Source: a virus. Taken from it: a stretch of DNA of 64,000 nt. Made by a program: the position numbers and the translations under genes. Location of the stretch: the IMG/VR virus record IMGVR_UViG_3300045988_159911; one strand, written 5' to 3'. This document shows positions 38,500 through 47,016 of this stretch, piece by piece (the stretch's first letter is position 1; every line of letters begins with the position of its first letter). The notes beneath the pieces are model-generated. The model saw nothing but the letters and a program-made list of their open reading frames with translations. It was not told the DNA's origin and made no database searches.

Positions 38500-39044
38500 T
38501 CCCAGTAAAAGAGTGCTTCCTCCTCGTCGGGTTCGATTGCTTCAATTCGATCCTCGGGGAAAGCCTTGTTGAACGCCAGGAGCATTGCACCGGAAAGAAT
38601 GTAGAAACCTGTATTTTCTACATCTTCCTCAATGTGCTCGTGGAACCAATCCTGAATGTCGTATGCTTTGCGCCAGTATCGAATTTCTTCGGAGTCACAC
38701 ACAAAACGCTTTTCCACGCGTTCAACAGTGTATTTGCGTTCAATATCCTCGTTGGAAATTTCCACTGTCTTTTTGGTTTCCCGGTCAGTGATTGCGATAC
38801 GATAGGCGCTCATCATGCTGATGTAGGAATCGTCTGACAGCTTATAATCCTTTCGGATCTTTTCCATATCGTAATACTGACTTCTGACCTGAAGCTGCTG
38901 AACATACGGAGCAAGCTGACGGTACATCGGTTCCTTCAGTTCATCCTCATCCAGGATGATGCCGCTGATATCCACGCGGTCATAAATTACGGAGTCATCC
39001 ACATGAGGTTTGGAGATCCGGCGAATTTCCATATCCAGTCCCAT
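38490..39044 (-). CDS. Hypothetical protein
   Basis: 184-aa ORF. Confidence 0.35.
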   Translation of the reverse strand: MGLDMEIRRISKPHVDDSVIYDRVDISGIILDEDELKEPMYRQLAPYVQQLQVRSQYYDMEKIRKDYKLSDDSYISMMSAYRIAITDRETKKTVEISNEDIERKYTVERVEKRFVCDSEEIRYWRKAYDIQDWFHEHIEEDVENTGFYILSGAMLLAFNKAFPEDRIEAIEPDEEEALFYWEWY

Positions 39045-39619
39045 TAGTAATCCTCCTCTCCATCCTCATCATCGCCAATGAAAACTACATAGGCGAAATC
39101 GACCTTGCCATCAATGCCGATATGGTAAATGCATGGGTAGCCGCCATCACCATAACCGGAACTGGTGACTACACCATCTGCGAATACGCCGGCTTTGGCT
39201 CTTGACAGTGTAATGTTGCACATCTTGTCATACCAGTCGTCATCTTCACCGCCGTTTCTGGCAATGAAATTGTTGTCATCATAGAAACCCGCCTGACCAC
39301 TATCGACGCCGGTTTCAAAATCTGCAATTTTCCAATCTGTTGAAAGCAGAGGAGACAGCCCATCTGCCGTGTTGTTGATTGTTTTTGTCTCCAGAGGAAG
39401 TGTGCAATCTTTGTGTTTTACTGCGAGAACCGCTACGCGGTCGCCCCACCCTCTTGTTGCCTCATTATCGAGGGTCAGAACTGCCGCCTCCCAAATACCG
39501 GGCTTGGTATCCAGAACACCGCTGCACCAAACATCAGGCTTGTAACAGGGATCGCTGACTCTCATTTTCCCCGCAATAGAAAAGTTGCCGAGCTGTGTCA
39601 ATTCAGTTTTGTATTTCAT
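39044..39619 (-). CDS. Hypothetical protein (start trimmed to the internal ATG)
   Basis: MKYKTELTQLGN... is preceded by RBS GGAGGTG. The longer ORF N-terminus is actually the terminator hairpin. Confidence 0.4.
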   Translation of the reverse strand: MKYKTELTQLGNFSIAGKMRVSDPCYKPDVWCSGVLDTKPGIWEAAVLTLDNEATRGWGDRVAVLAVKHKDCTLPLETKTINNTADGLSPLLSTDWKIADFETGVDSGQAGFYDDNNFIARNGGEDDDWYDKMCNITLSRAKAGVFADGVVTSSGYGDGGYPCIYHIGIDGKVDFAYVVFIGDDEDGEEDY

Positions 39620-39650
39620 CCTTACACCTCCGCATATGTAAAAAGTCGAG

Positions 39651-39706
39651 AGATAAAAAAGACCCGAACAGATCATGTAGTGAATGGAACTCATGTTGTT
39701 CGGGTC
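39651..39706 (-). terminator. Rho-independent terminator on the minus strand
   Basis: 10-bp stem GACCCGAACA/TGTTCGGGTC followed by TTTTTTAT on the minus strand. Confidence 0.55.
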
Positions 39707-40187
39707 TTGATGTCGAATATTAAATTGTTTGTTCGGTTGCCTTGTTCAGAACGAAAGCTTTCTATGCCTTACAGCCAATTTGAACTGACACGAAGTCAGG
39801 CATTAAGTTCAGAACTTACTAAGTAAATTATAGGGAGAATCATTCCCAAATAGTTTTCTTCATTTACAAACGACGCATGGCGAAACGCATCTCGTAAGCG
39901 GCAATTCTGGAACGAATTGTTGAACTGTCGGGCTGTGCATAGATCGCTTGGCGAATAACAAAAACTCTTGAATAGCGGATGTTGTTCCTCCAAGATAGAG
40001 CCTTGAAAAAGCAAGGCGGCTTTTACATCCATTTCAAGTGGATTATGTTATATTAAACGACCAAAGTCGGTGAGTACAGGTACTCGGGTTCGCAGCGTTA
40101 TACTTCATCTGCGACTGAAGCGACTGATAAGTCAAAGTCCACTTTCGCCCTGAACAAGACAACCGAAGTTGTCTGTTCGATTATGCA

Positions 40188-40817
40188 TTAAGCAGCAGGA
40201 GTAAGAAACTGCTCAATGGCATCCTCGAAGGAATCGTTGACGCTGTAATTGGGGTTGTAATCCACCGCCAGCTCAACCATTGCCTTATCAATGGCGGTGG
40301 ACGCTTCGTCGGCGCACTGGATCAGCTTCTTGCTGATACCCTTGACCTTATTGCGGTCAAAGTCGATGGTAGTCACTTCCTTAACCTCGTAGGCATACTG
40401 AACCTGATTGCCTTCGGCGTTAAACTTGTAGGCATATGCTCTGGTCATACGCTCGGAAGGCTTCATATTGCCCATACGAGACAGTGTGGCAGCCACACTC
40501 TGACGAATACGATTGTTGGCAACCTCAGCATCAATGTCAATACTGCAGCCCTTCTTGGCTTCGCTGATCGCCTTGGTCAGCTTCTGCTTCTCGCCAATCA
40601 GATGCTGCAGAAAATCAACCATCTGATTTGCAGTGTAAGCCAAAGCTCTTTCCGCAGACAGATCAATGGTTTCGTTTTCCGCATCGGGGTTTGCCTTCTT
40701 ACGCAGGTGCTCCTGCACCGTCTTTGTGGTGTACTGACCGCCGTTCAGATAACTGGTGGTGGCGGAGATCAGTTCGTTCAGATAATTCTGATATCGAAAA
40801 GCTTCTTTCAAATACAT
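40188..40817 (-). CDS. Hypothetical protein
   Basis: Starts at the internal ATG 40817 with RBS GAGGAGGAATAAAGGA. The upstream part of the 321-aa ORF overlaps a separate gene in another frame. Confidence 0.4.
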   Translation of the reverse strand: MYLKEAFRYQNYLNELISATTSYLNGGQYTTKTVQEHLRKKANPDAENETIDLSAERALAYTANQMVDFLQHLIGEKQKLTKAISEAKKGCSIDIDAEVANNRIRQSVAATLSRMGNMKPSERMTRAYAYKFNAEGNQVQYAYEVKEVTTIDFDRNKVKGISKKLIQCADEASTAIDKAMVELAVDYNPNYSVNDSFEDAIEQFLTPAA

Positions 40818-40821
40818 TCCT

Positions 40822-41139
40822 TTATTCCTCCTCTTTATTCTCGATAGGGCGATTGAGTCTGATTTCACTGAGCTTGTAGTATTCAACGAAATCAAATGCT
40901 GTGATGTTGTAAGGATCGCAATCATCAACCGGTTGGAAACCCAACAGGAAATCTCCGTCACCGAGCGGGATACAATCCTTGATAATGCCGACATTGGCGT
41001 GTGTGTCTTCAAAAATGCTCTCGTCCATAAAGCATTCTTTTTGTTCATAGGGTGTAAATACACGCCGGTAAATCCAATAGCGGAATATCTCACCCTCATG
41101 TGCCTTGATAAAAGCGTGGAAGTCTGTGTATGTATCCAT
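40822..41139 (-). CDS. Hypothetical protein
   Basis: 105-aa ORF. Confidence 0.35.
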   Translation of the reverse strand: MDTYTDFHAFIKAHEGEIFRYWIYRRVFTPYEQKECFMDESIFEDTHANVGIIKDCIPLGDGDFLLGFQPVDDCDPYNITAFDFVEYYKLSEIRLNRPIENKEEE

Positions 41140-41153
41140 TCAGAGCCCTCCAA

Positions 41154-41489
41154 TTAGAAATTAACGCAATCACGAATAATGTGTTCAGCATGAAGCTCGT
41201 CTTCATCTGCCACAGAGATCCATGTCTGCCAGTTATATTTGTCTGTAACATCTCCGGTGATGTCATACACACGACCATCAATCTGACAGCCAAAGTGATT
41301 TTCAATCTGATCATACATAATTTCTACATCTTCATGCCAAGCGTCAATATCATAGAATCGCTCCTGAAGAATATATGCAAACCAGAAACAACAGCCGCAG
41401 GTAAAAGTATCAATGGTTCCCTGGTTCTTACCGCCCTGCGTAAAACGGTTAATGAACCCCATTACCTTATCGCGCCTGTCCATCAGCAA
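41154..41489 (-). CDS. Hypothetical protein
   Basis: 111-aa ORF. Confidence 0.35.
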   Translation of the reverse strand: MLMDRRDKVMGFINRFTQGGKNQGTIDTFTCGCCFWFAYILQERFYDIDAWHEDVEIMYDQIENHFGCQIDGRVYDITGDVTDKYNWQTWISVADEDELHAEHIIRDCVNF

Positions 41490-41950
41490 TGATAATCAAC
41501 AACGCCGCCAATGAAATAAGTCTCTCCGTCCTTTACCAGACGCATGAAGTTGTCCAGAGTATCGAGGAAGCCATCATCGCAATAGACATAGAAACCATAG
41601 CGGTCACTGTAGGCTTCCCTCAGATTGAAGAGAACCGAATCAACGGAGTAACTGGAAACAAAATCTTCAAAAGTGGTTCCAGAAAGTTTTTCTGCTGCCT
41701 TGATAAAAGCTTCGTGCTTTTCTTTGAAGTATCTGCGAACATCAGAGGAGAAAGTCAGCTTGTCCCCATCGACTGTGGCAATATCACCGAGCGCAGCAGT
41801 CATCAGCCAATCAATGTCGTCTTCACGACTACAATCATCGCTGGTGTAATCCGCAACCGAATTGGTAAACCACTCAGGGGTACAATCGCTGTCAATGCGT
41901 TCTTCCTCGGGAACGACCTCTTTTTCGATCTGAAAAATTCTGCTATGCAA
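41483..41950 (-). CDS. Hypothetical acidic protein
   Basis: 155-aa ORF. Confidence 0.35.
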   Translation of the reverse strand: MHSRIFQIEKEVVPEEERIDSDCTPEWFTNSVADYTSDDCSREDDIDWLMTAALGDIATVDGDKLTFSSDVRRYFKEKHEAFIKAAEKLSGTTFEDFVSSYSVDSVLFNLREAYSDRYGFYVYCDDGFLDTLDNFMRLVKDGETYFIGGVVDYHC

Positions 41951-41952
41951 TC

Positions 41953-42771
41953 TTACCCCTCCTTTGTCTTTAAGAATTGGAACATCTCCGTGATGTTGTT
42001 GGTGACAGGGAAACGCTCTGTGCTACAAGAGTTTCTTGCAAATTGGCCGGAAACTGCATCCACATACATAGAAGCAGAACTTAACTCGCCCTCTCTGCCA
42101 TCGTCTCCCATATAGAAAATCTTCCACTCTTCTTCAGACATCAGTCGCTTGACATCAAGCTGAGAAATTGCCAGATTGTCAAAGCTTACGGTCTTGAACC
42201 AACCGTTTTTGATAATCTGCGGAAGATATTCATACATATCATGCATTTTGTTGTCGACGATCTGACCAACCTTCATATGGTGGTCAGCGCCGCGTCGGAA
42301 ATCCTTATATCCAAGGATCAGGATCTTCAGCTCACGGTTGCGTTCCGAAAGCCAAGACACCTGTTCCATACTAACAATGCCGTTGATGATGTGAATAACA
42401 GCATTGGGAAACTTGGAAACTTCATCCGCAAAACGGTAAGTGCTTTCGCGATCTCCGCCGGTATAAGAAATTCCCAAGCCATAAATAAACCCTTGCTCCG
42501 TCAGTTCGAGAAGCAAGGGAATGTTTTTCAGAAAATGAACTTCGTTGACCGTCACATTTGCTATCAGCTTGCGCTTCTTCAGCAAATGCAGAAACGGGAT
42601 AAAATCTGGGTGCGAGAGCGGGTTGCCGCCGCCAATCGCCAGTTCCGTAAACTCGTGGAGAGAGTCAAGAAACGGCAGGTTGAGGATATCACCGTGCTTG
42701 CCATCCGGCCTGGAATCCTCATGGCACATAGGGCAACCCATATCGCAAGCGTTGGTGATTTTGATATCCAT
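41953..42771 (-). CDS. Radical SAM enzyme
   Basis: CDMGCPMC is a CxxxCxxC motif near the N-terminus; a GGGNP glycine-rich motif follows. Confidence 0.6.
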   Translation of the reverse strand: MDIKITNACDMGCPMCHEDSRPDGKHGDILNLPFLDSLHEFTELAIGGGNPLSHPDFIPFLHLLKKRKLIANVTVNEVHFLKNIPLLLELTEQGFIYGLGISYTGGDRESTYRFADEVSKFPNAVIHIINGIVSMEQVSWLSERNRELKILILGYKDFRRGADHHMKVGQIVDNKMHDMYEYLPQIIKNGWFKTVSFDNLAISQLDVKRLMSEEEWKIFYMGDDGREGELSSASMYVDAVSGQFARNSCSTERFPVTNNITEMFQFLKTKEG

Positions 42772-42783
42772 CGACTCAGGGAA

Positions 42784-42885
42784 TTAGGCATCAAAGAAGT
42801 CCAGATCGTTTTCTCGGATCTTGGTGCCGTCGGAGAGTATCGTCACGCTATAGTTTCCATTTTGATATTGACCCAAGATACTCAT
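42784..42885 (-). CDS. Mini-ORF (33 aa) directly upstream of, and in frame with, the radical SAM gene
   Basis: ATG at 42885 with RBS GGGAGG gives MSILGQYQNGNYSVTILSDGTKIRENDLDFFDA. A single TAA stop separates it from the in-frame radical SAM ORF. Confidence 0.3.
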   Translation of the reverse strand: MSILGQYQNGNYSVTILSDGTKIRENDLDFFDA

Positions 42886-42897
42886 ACACAACCTCCC

Positions 42898-43194
42898 TTA
42901 ACCGTCTCTTCCGTAGGTGCCAAAGGCAACCATCTTATCACCACTCGGCGTAGTAAAGCGATGGGAATAAACATCAAGTGAGTACCATCTGTTATCGCCG
43001 AGATTTTCGTAGGTGCAATACTGACCGTCTTCATCCTCAGTGAGGATAGAGGATTTCGGAACCAGCTTTTCGCCCCAACTGTCATACATCAGCTCACCGC
43101 GCTTAAACTTCTCATACTCGTCTTCGGTGCAAATGGTGATGCTATGAGTGGAACTACTGTTCGTTTCGAACACGCCGCGTCTAACCTGCTTCAT
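42898..43194 (-). CDS. Member 2 of the RRGVFETNSSSTHS family (short form)
   Basis: MKQVRRGVFETNSSSTHSI...; only the N-terminal 18 aa are shared with the other two members. Confidence 0.45.
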   Translation of the reverse strand: MKQVRRGVFETNSSSTHSITICTEDEYEKFKRGELMYDSWGEKLVPKSSILTEDEDGQYCTYENLGDNRWYSLDVYSHRFTTPSGDKMVAFGTYGRDG

Positions 43195-43358
43195 TATTCC
43201 AATCCTTTCTTTCTGGTGGTGTCCTTTTCTCGATTACGGTCATATGCCTTTTTATTCGGGACGGACTGTGTTACTGGGCGAGCGCAAGTCCAGAAGTTCC
43301 GAAACTTTTTAGCATACTCTTTCTTCTGATTTTTCTCAGTCATGTGCTCGCCTCCATT

Positions 43359-43916
43359 TTAATTTCCTTTGTAATACTCCTCGTGAGGATAAAGTGCATG
43401 GATATCTACATCCATATCACTATTATCGTTTCCGGTGAGTACAAAACTGTCTTCAGAGAAGAGATACCGCAAAAGGCGCCCCTTATTACTTGTAGTCTTA
43501 TCCACAAACCTTTGGTGATCATCTTCACCGCAGTGGTCTACACTTGCATTTACCACATAGGAACCGCTTCCGTAATTGTGGTATACAGCCTCGTCGAACT
43601 CACACTCGACACCAACACTGTCAAGAGTTTCCATGATAAACGCCATGACATCTTGTGCTTTTTCTCTGCTGTAAAGACTCAGAAAACTGGCATAAAGATA
43701 TGCCGCCTTTTCTTCAGGGGTGTCAAGCCGATCAAAACCCCAACCAAAATCTTCACATCGGAAGATAAGTTTGGCAGGGTAAGAAAGTTCCGTGTTACGA
43801 TTGGTTGCAATACAGATGCTGTGGGTGCTGCTGGAGTTTGTTTCAAAAACACCGCGCCGTTCCTGTCTCATTAGGTTTCTCCTCTCGTTCGTATTTGAAA
43901 AGAATTCGTAATCCAT
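43359..43916 (-). CDS. Member 3 of the RRGVFETNSSSTHS family
   Basis: ...RQERRGVFETNSSSTHSI... with further similarity to member 1 (FGW, LTGNDN versus LHTDNDN). Confidence 0.5.
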   Translation of the reverse strand: MDYEFFSNTNERRNLMRQERRGVFETNSSSTHSICIATNRNTELSYPAKLIFRCEDFGWGFDRLDTPEEKAAYLYASFLSLYSREKAQDVMAFIMETLDSVGVECEFDEAVYHNYGSGSYVVNASVDHCGEDDHQRFVDKTTSNKGRLLRYLFSEDSFVLTGNDNSDMDVDIHALYPHEEYYKGN

Positions 43917-44032
43917 TATATATCTCTTAGTGTTCTGTAAGAGATTATGATGCAGAAGAACACACGAAGTGATCTCCGCACGATCCTTTAGGATCGAAGC
44001 AGATCACGAGTGTGAAAAGTAACAAAACCTTA

Positions 44033-44052
44033 CTTCGATTTACAATACGAAG
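44033..44052. repeat. Hairpin CTTCG-ATTTACAATA-CGAAG, copy 1 of the conserved-loop hairpin family
   Basis: Perfect 5-bp stem with the conserved 10-nt loop. Confidence 0.5.
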
Positions 44053-44263
44053 CGACTGCCTCTATGTATTGACTGTGTATGGCAGACCATGTGCATTATA
44101 AATTCTTTTCGGTTGTTTATCGTTCGCAACCTGAATAAAGTGCTTTTGGATCTATCAAGAGCTTTTTGAGACGCCTCGTCGCGAAAAGCTCTTTATCGAT
44201 TCAAAACATCTTTATTTGCAGCGGGGCATGGGGTTTACCCCAGATAAGCTTCTCAACCCTTTA

Positions 44264-44283
44264 CTTCGATTTACAATACGAAG
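44264..44283. repeat. Hairpin CTTCG-ATTTACAATA-CGAAG, copy 2
   Basis: Identical hairpin about 230 nt from copy 1 in the same intergenic region. Confidence 0.5.
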
Positions 44284-44334
44284 CCACCCTATGTATTAAA
44301 GAAATGGGTAAATGTCCGTTGCAAACGCAAAATA

Positions 44335-44928
44335 TTACTCGTGGAAGTGGAACATAACCTCTTCCATTTTGCCAGGTCTTAAAGCCGAAACATAGATCTT
44401 ATCGAAAGCCCATGTTCCAACCTCGGGATCGTCTCCCCGGTAATCGCCACCGCCCTGACCGTTGCCGATACTGGTGAGCAGAGGCAGAGGATTGATACAC
44501 CAACCCTCTTTGTCTTTGTTTTCTGCCACATACTTTTCCATGTCGATGTAGCAATTTCTTGTAATGTTCACAATGAAGCAATCCGCCTCATCATTGGAAA
44601 GCTTGTACTGCGGCAGCTTTCTATCAATCGGCGTGATAACCTCTTTTCCATCACTCCAGAGAGTATTGTAGAGCCGCATGAAATCCTTGCGGTCTGTGAT
44701 AAAAGCATCGCTGAAGCAACACTCATCATCAACTACGCTGTCAGCATAATCGCCGACCCACGCCAGTCGCTGAGGGGTGCCGTCAAGGTTCTGAAGAACT
44801 GCGTTAACGAAATCATTTCCAACCCAGGAATGTTCCATGAGCTTCAGACCGTTGCCGTAATCGTGAGAATAGGCAGTCTGTTTGGTTCCGTCGTCTGCAA
44901 TCAAGAGTGGCTTGTAATACTGACCCAT
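44335..44928 (-). CDS. Hypothetical protein
   Basis: Internal ATG 44928 with RBS AAGGTAGG gives MGQYYKPLLIADDG... Confidence 0.4.
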   Translation of the reverse strand: MGQYYKPLLIADDGTKQTAYSHDYGNGLKLMEHSWVGNDFVNAVLQNLDGTPQRLAWVGDYADSVVDDECCFSDAFITDRKDFMRLYNTLWSDGKEVITPIDRKLPQYKLSNDEADCFIVNITRNCYIDMEKYVAENKDKEGWCINPLPLLTSIGNGQGGGDYRGDDPEVGTWAFDKIYVSALRPGKMEEVMFHFHE

Positions 44929-44969
44929 AGTGAAACCTACCTTTCTTCCTCGCTTTTGAAAAATCGTAA

Positions 44970-45056
44970 TGGTACGGATAGTGGGACTTGAACCCACACA
45001 TCATTGCTGACATTAGCACCTGAAGCTAACGCGTCTGCCAATTCCGCCATATCCGC
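44970..45056 (-). tRNA. tRNA-Leu(CAG), type II
   Basis: Reverse complement is GCGGATATGGCGGAATTGGCAGACGCGTTAGCTTCAGGTGCT...GGGTTCAAGTCCCACTATCCGTACCA, close to E. coli tRNA-Leu(CAG); CCA is encoded. Confidence 0.75.
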
Positions 45057-45229
45057 ATATTTCTTTGGTCGGCTTCCCGCTTAGATTGTCACATCGTCTA
45101 CTTGAGAGTAAAGGTCTCGTTCGCAAACAACCGTGTATACCCGATTGCTCCGCAGTTTTCAGCGGACATTTTCATTCTCTGTGTGGTAAGCCGATAATCG
45201 CACACATCATCTGGGAGCTACCCAGCCAC

Positions 45230-45320
45230 TGGCGGAGCAGATAGGACTTGAACCTACACACCCTTTCGGGCTACTCACGGTTTAGCAAACCGCTGCCTTA
45301 CCAATTAGGCTTACTGCTCC
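45230..45320 (-). tRNA. tRNA-Ser(GCT), type II
   Basis: Anticodon loop TTGCTAA, long variable arm, T-loop GGTTCAAGTCC, CCA encoded. Confidence 0.75.
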
Positions 45321-45324
45321 ATAA

Positions 45325-45400
45325 TGGAGCTGGTGGACGGATTCGAACCCCCGACCTACTGATTACAAATCAGTTGCTCTACCGACTGAGCTACACCAGC
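45325..45400 (-). tRNA. tRNA-Thr(TGT)
   Basis: GCTGGTGTAGCTCAGTCGGTAGAGCAACTGATTTGTAATCAGT...GGTTCGAATCC...CCA. Confidence 0.8.
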
Positions 45401-46015
45401 ATCTCTTTGTAGGGTTTTTCGCGCTTCTGCAGATTTCCACGCCTTGTCCTTACCGTTTATCCCTATTGCCACATGGGATCACAGACCCTAAACACTTCTG
45501 CTCTATGCCGGTTGTGTTCTGATACCGGAAAACATTCTGGGGACTTTATTTTGCCTTGTTGCTCCAGCCCTCAAGGGTAACTCGGCAAGTGGCTTGCCTA
45601 TTTGGATCTTGGTGCCATCATCTCAGCCATACACTCCGGCCTAAACCTAAGTTTGCCAGAACCTCTCCAAATGCTCCTATGTATGCCGTCCTCGCCTCTG
45701 ACTGAAATGATGTGCCGACACCTTCCATACCGTCTCACTTGCAAAATAAAACAAACTACGAACGGGGTGTGGTAAGCACATACCACCCAAACCTCTGCTT
45801 AGTCCCGCCGGTTCTGGTTTACGACATGGTTTGGTGCTCATGCCCTTGAGCTATTAGGCTATTTAACTATCTCTCACCGGCTTGATTTGCTTTTGTTGAG
45901 GCGGTGCCAGAGCACGCTGCTCATATCCCGTTATCTTCCGCCCATCGTAGTCGATGACCCAGCCACTATATATCATTTCAAGTGGGCTTTTCCCATACCG
46001 CCTAAAGCGTATGGC

Positions 46016-46125
46016 TGGTGGAGAGGGATGGATTCGAACCACCGAAGCTTAATTGACCACACGGCGCCCCAAGTCAAAAAGCGGAGATTTACAGTCCCCG
46101 ACTTTGGCCACTTGTCTACCTCTCC
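46016..46125 (-). tRNA. tRNA-Tyr(GTA)-like gene with an abnormally long (about 39-nt) variable region
   Basis: Canonical acceptor stem (GGAGAGG/CCTCTCC), anticodon arm GGGGA-CTGTAAA-TCTCC and T-arm GGTGGTTCGAATCCATC plus CCA are all present. A 39-nt variable insert makes the whole 110 nt. Confidence 0.4.
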
Positions 46126-46283
46126 ATGTGTTTGCCAGCTCCTGCACCTTGTACTTCGGCATCGTCACTGGTAAAAGGATTACGGTGCAGGCACCGTCGT
46201 TCCCCAAAGGCTAACCCTTTTCCGCAGGATTTAATAAAGCATACGCAATGAGCTATTAACTCACTGACCGCGACTCACTTACT

Positions 46284-46359
46284 TGGTGGAGATGGTCGGG
46301 ATCGAACTGGCGACCTCCTGCTTGCAAGGCAGGCGCTCTCCCAACTGAGCTACATCCCC
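46284..46359 (-). tRNA. tRNA-Ala(TGC)
   Basis: GGGGATGTAGCTCAGTTGGGAGAGCGCCTGCCTTGCAAGCAGGAG...CCA; the G3:U70 Ala identity pair is present. Confidence 0.8.
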
Positions 46360-46473
46360 GTATGAAATGATTGTTTTATACACTGTAGATATATTGCAAA
46401 CCATGCCGTAAAGCCCAAAATCAAGGGCTTTACTGACATAGTTAAAACGAAAGATTTTTGGTTTTCCTCCCGT

Positions 46474-46983
46474 TCAGCGCTTGGACACCCGCTTATCCTG
46501 CACCAGACGCTTGAACTTTGTGCCACTTGCTTCGATGTATTCGTCGATCAATTTGCTCTGACTTTTGGTTTCAGCATAAGCTGTGATGGTAAGGGTTTTG
46601 CGCTCCCAATCCATTGTGTAGCTATCACTCGCCACATTGGTAATCTTGTTCTCTGCCAAGAAATCTCGGAGCTTCATCATTTCCTCTTTATCATCTGACA
46701 TGATGACATTCACATAGGTTTTCTCTTTGGAAAACTTATTGTTGAACGCAACTGCCAAACAGCACCCTACGCCGCTTGCAATGGAGACCACTACAAGAGC
46801 GAGGGTGCTGTCGGTAGTTACGATATCTTTCGTGATGCTAAGGTAGATGAAGTTTGACAATCCAAGAGCTAAACCGGCGAGAACACATCGGTTTCTTTGA
46901 ACCAAAATGGTCTTTGCTGTCCCCAGTGCATTATCGAAAACTTTTGCGACGAACAGCGCCGCCAGATATAACCATGATGTCAT
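46474..46983 (-). CDS. Membrane protein (possibly DUF2179/UPF0316-like)
   Basis: N-terminal transmembrane helices followed by a soluble C-terminal domain; 169 aa. Confidence 0.4.
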   Translation of the reverse strand: MTSWLYLAALFVAKVFDNALGTAKTILVQRNRCVLAGLALGLSNFIYLSITKDIVTTDSTLALVVVSIASGVGCCLAVAFNNKFSKEKTYVNVIMSDDKEEMMKLRDFLAENKITNVASDSYTMDWERKTLTITAYAETKSQSKLIDEYIEASGTKFKRLVQDKRVSKR

Positions 46984-47016
46984 TCTCTCATCTCCTCTTC
47001 ATCAAACTATGTATGC

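Noticed and set aside
39796-40032. 78-aa minus-strand ORF inside the 480-nt noncoding stretch
   Set aside because: It has no RBS, its composition is atypical, and it spans predicted hairpins. It is treated as noncoding.
40188-41153. Single 321-aa ORF
   Set aside because: The 5' third overlaps a 105-aa ORF in another frame that has better coding character. A strong RBS (GAGGAGGAATAAAGGA) precedes an internal ATG at 40817. The region is therefore split into two genes.
42771-42885. Stop-codon reassignment (alternative genetic code) as the explanation for the in-frame TAA
   Set aside because: All other large genes in the window (NrdD, DnaE, DnaB, CCA enzyme, RT and others) are intact under the standard code, with conventional stops and overlapping start/stop junctions. 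A global recoding is therefore not supported. A local readthrough or a pseudogene remains possible.
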